Shown here piece after piece: positions 63,120 to 64,000 of a DNA stretch of 64,000 nt. How positions within the stretch are numbered: position 1 is the first letter of the stretch; each line of letters starts with the position of its first letter. The position numbers and the translations under genes are program-made. Source of the stretch: Candidatus Moraniibacteriota bacterium (lineage in GTDB: Bacteria > Patescibacteriota > Minisyncoccia > Moranbacterales > UBA1568); the NCBI GenBank assembly GCA_016699875.1, contig CP064989.1:186297-250296 (forward strand). Direction: 5' to 3'. The notes beneath the pieces are model-generated. The model saw only the letters and a list, made by a program, of their open reading frames with translations. It did no database searches and had not been told where the DNA came from.

Positions 63120-64000
63120 CTATTTCTTTCGATAACGATCAACTCCTCCAAGAGCCAATCCGACCGCAATAGCAAACGACGGACCAAGCCTCTCTACTGC
63201 CGGACGAACTGCATCTTCAATCTGAACCCCCTTCCACGGATCGGCGATCGATACCGGAACATGAAACTGATTCTGGAGATATATTGGAAGTCCTTGCATT
63301 TTCGCCGTTCCTCCGGAAACAATAATTTCTCGAATTGAGCCAGTCCCCTCCTTCGCGGCATACAAAGCGAAAACTCGTTGTATCTCGTTTGTAATAACAT
63401 CAAGCGTCGAAAATACCAGTGCCGACTCAGGATGCGTGAGAAAGTCCCGCGTCCCGCACTTCAACTCTTCTGCGCGCTCCCATGAAAGACCAAGTCCCTC
63501 AGAAAGAGTCGAGGTAATTTCATTGCCACCCGTATTCAAGCTCCGATTCAATCGAACATCCCCGTCTCGAACCAAGACCAGGTTCGTTGCGCGGGATCCG
63601 ATGTCAACAATAAGATAGGATCCCTGCCTATCACCAGAAACCGCTCGAGCCAAGGAAAATATTTCCAACTCCAGGAGATCAACCGACATGCCGATCCCCT
63701 CCGTATAGTGTTCAAATTTCGAAACCTCCTTCTTAAGAGCGGCAACCAGCAAAATTTCCATAGTCTTCTTTGCAGTTGCCATTCCATCTTTTGCCTCACC
63801 CTGTGAAACCACCTCCCAGCTAAACGCTACGTCCTCAAGCGGAGCTGGGATATATTTATGCGCCTCGAACTGAATTGCCTGTTCAAGCTCATTTGCCTCC
63901 ATCACCGGCAATTCGATAAGCGTAATAAGTCCGCTAAAGCCCGGCAAGGCCATATCCAACCTCTTCGCTTTTGGAGAGAGTACCTTGAGAAGCGCCTTGA
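63120..64000 (-). CDS. pilM: PilM (actin-like pilus assembly ATPase), C-terminal ~280 aa; the gene continues beyond the window edge
   Basis: Actin-fold phosphate motifs (LIVDIGSRATNLVLV; IIVSGGTAKMQGLP). The ORF is open to position 64000. Confidence 0.75.
   Translation of the reverse strand, partial: KALLKVLSPKAKRLDMALPGFSGLITLIELPVMEANELEQAIQFEAHKYIPAPLEDVAFSWEVVSQGEAKDGMATAKKTMEILLVAALKKEVSKFEHYTEGIGMSVDLLELEIFSLARAVSGDRQGSYLIVDIGSRATNLVLVRDGDVRLNRSLNTGGNEITSTLSEGLGLSWERAEELKCGTRDFLTHPESALVFSTLDVITNEIQRVFALYAAKEGTGSIREIIVSGGTAKMQGLPIYLQNQFHVPVSIADPWKGVQIEDAVRPAVERLGPSFAIAVGLALGGVDRYRKK

Overview
This 64-kb window is almost entirely minus-strand coding and looks like a small, streamlined bacterial genome. 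Several traits fit a CPR/Patescibacteria-like organism, but that is an inference, not a database result. The traits are an unlinked 16S gene with an internal insertion and divergent universal-primer sites, short intergenic regions, domain-minimised enzymes, and a large type IV pilus locus.

Recognisable content, in order:
- a glycosyltransferase, rplU and alaS;
- an ftsA-led four-gene module that lacks ftsZ;
- a PfkB kinase, enolase, and a dcw fragment (murF-ftsI-ftsL-rsmH-mraZ) with MraZ-box-like repeats;
- pepA, rarA, tsaC, xth, a MiaB-like enzyme and rlmN;
- lexA followed by a small Cys-rich membrane protein, facing a strongly promoted small ORF;
- a cohesin/FN3/dockerin-like surface protein whose coding sequence contains near-identical 285-bp repeats;
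- YggT and SHOCT proteins and a TrpF-like barrel;
- one 16S rRNA (minus strand, ~1650 nt, with a ~160-nt insertion);
- pgk, mraY, a D,D-carboxypeptidase, scpAB, rplA-rplK-nusG-secE, gatA/gatC and ligA;
- a complete T4P locus: three minor pilins, pilD, two tandem pilins, pilC, pilT, a CheY-like receiver, pilB, pilO, pilN and a partial pilM.

I found no tRNA, CRISPR array, transposase or integrase. Promoters and terminators were called by eye from -35/-10 hexamers and hairpin-plus-U-run patterns. Many start codons are uncertain because the ORF track allows GTG/TTG starts.
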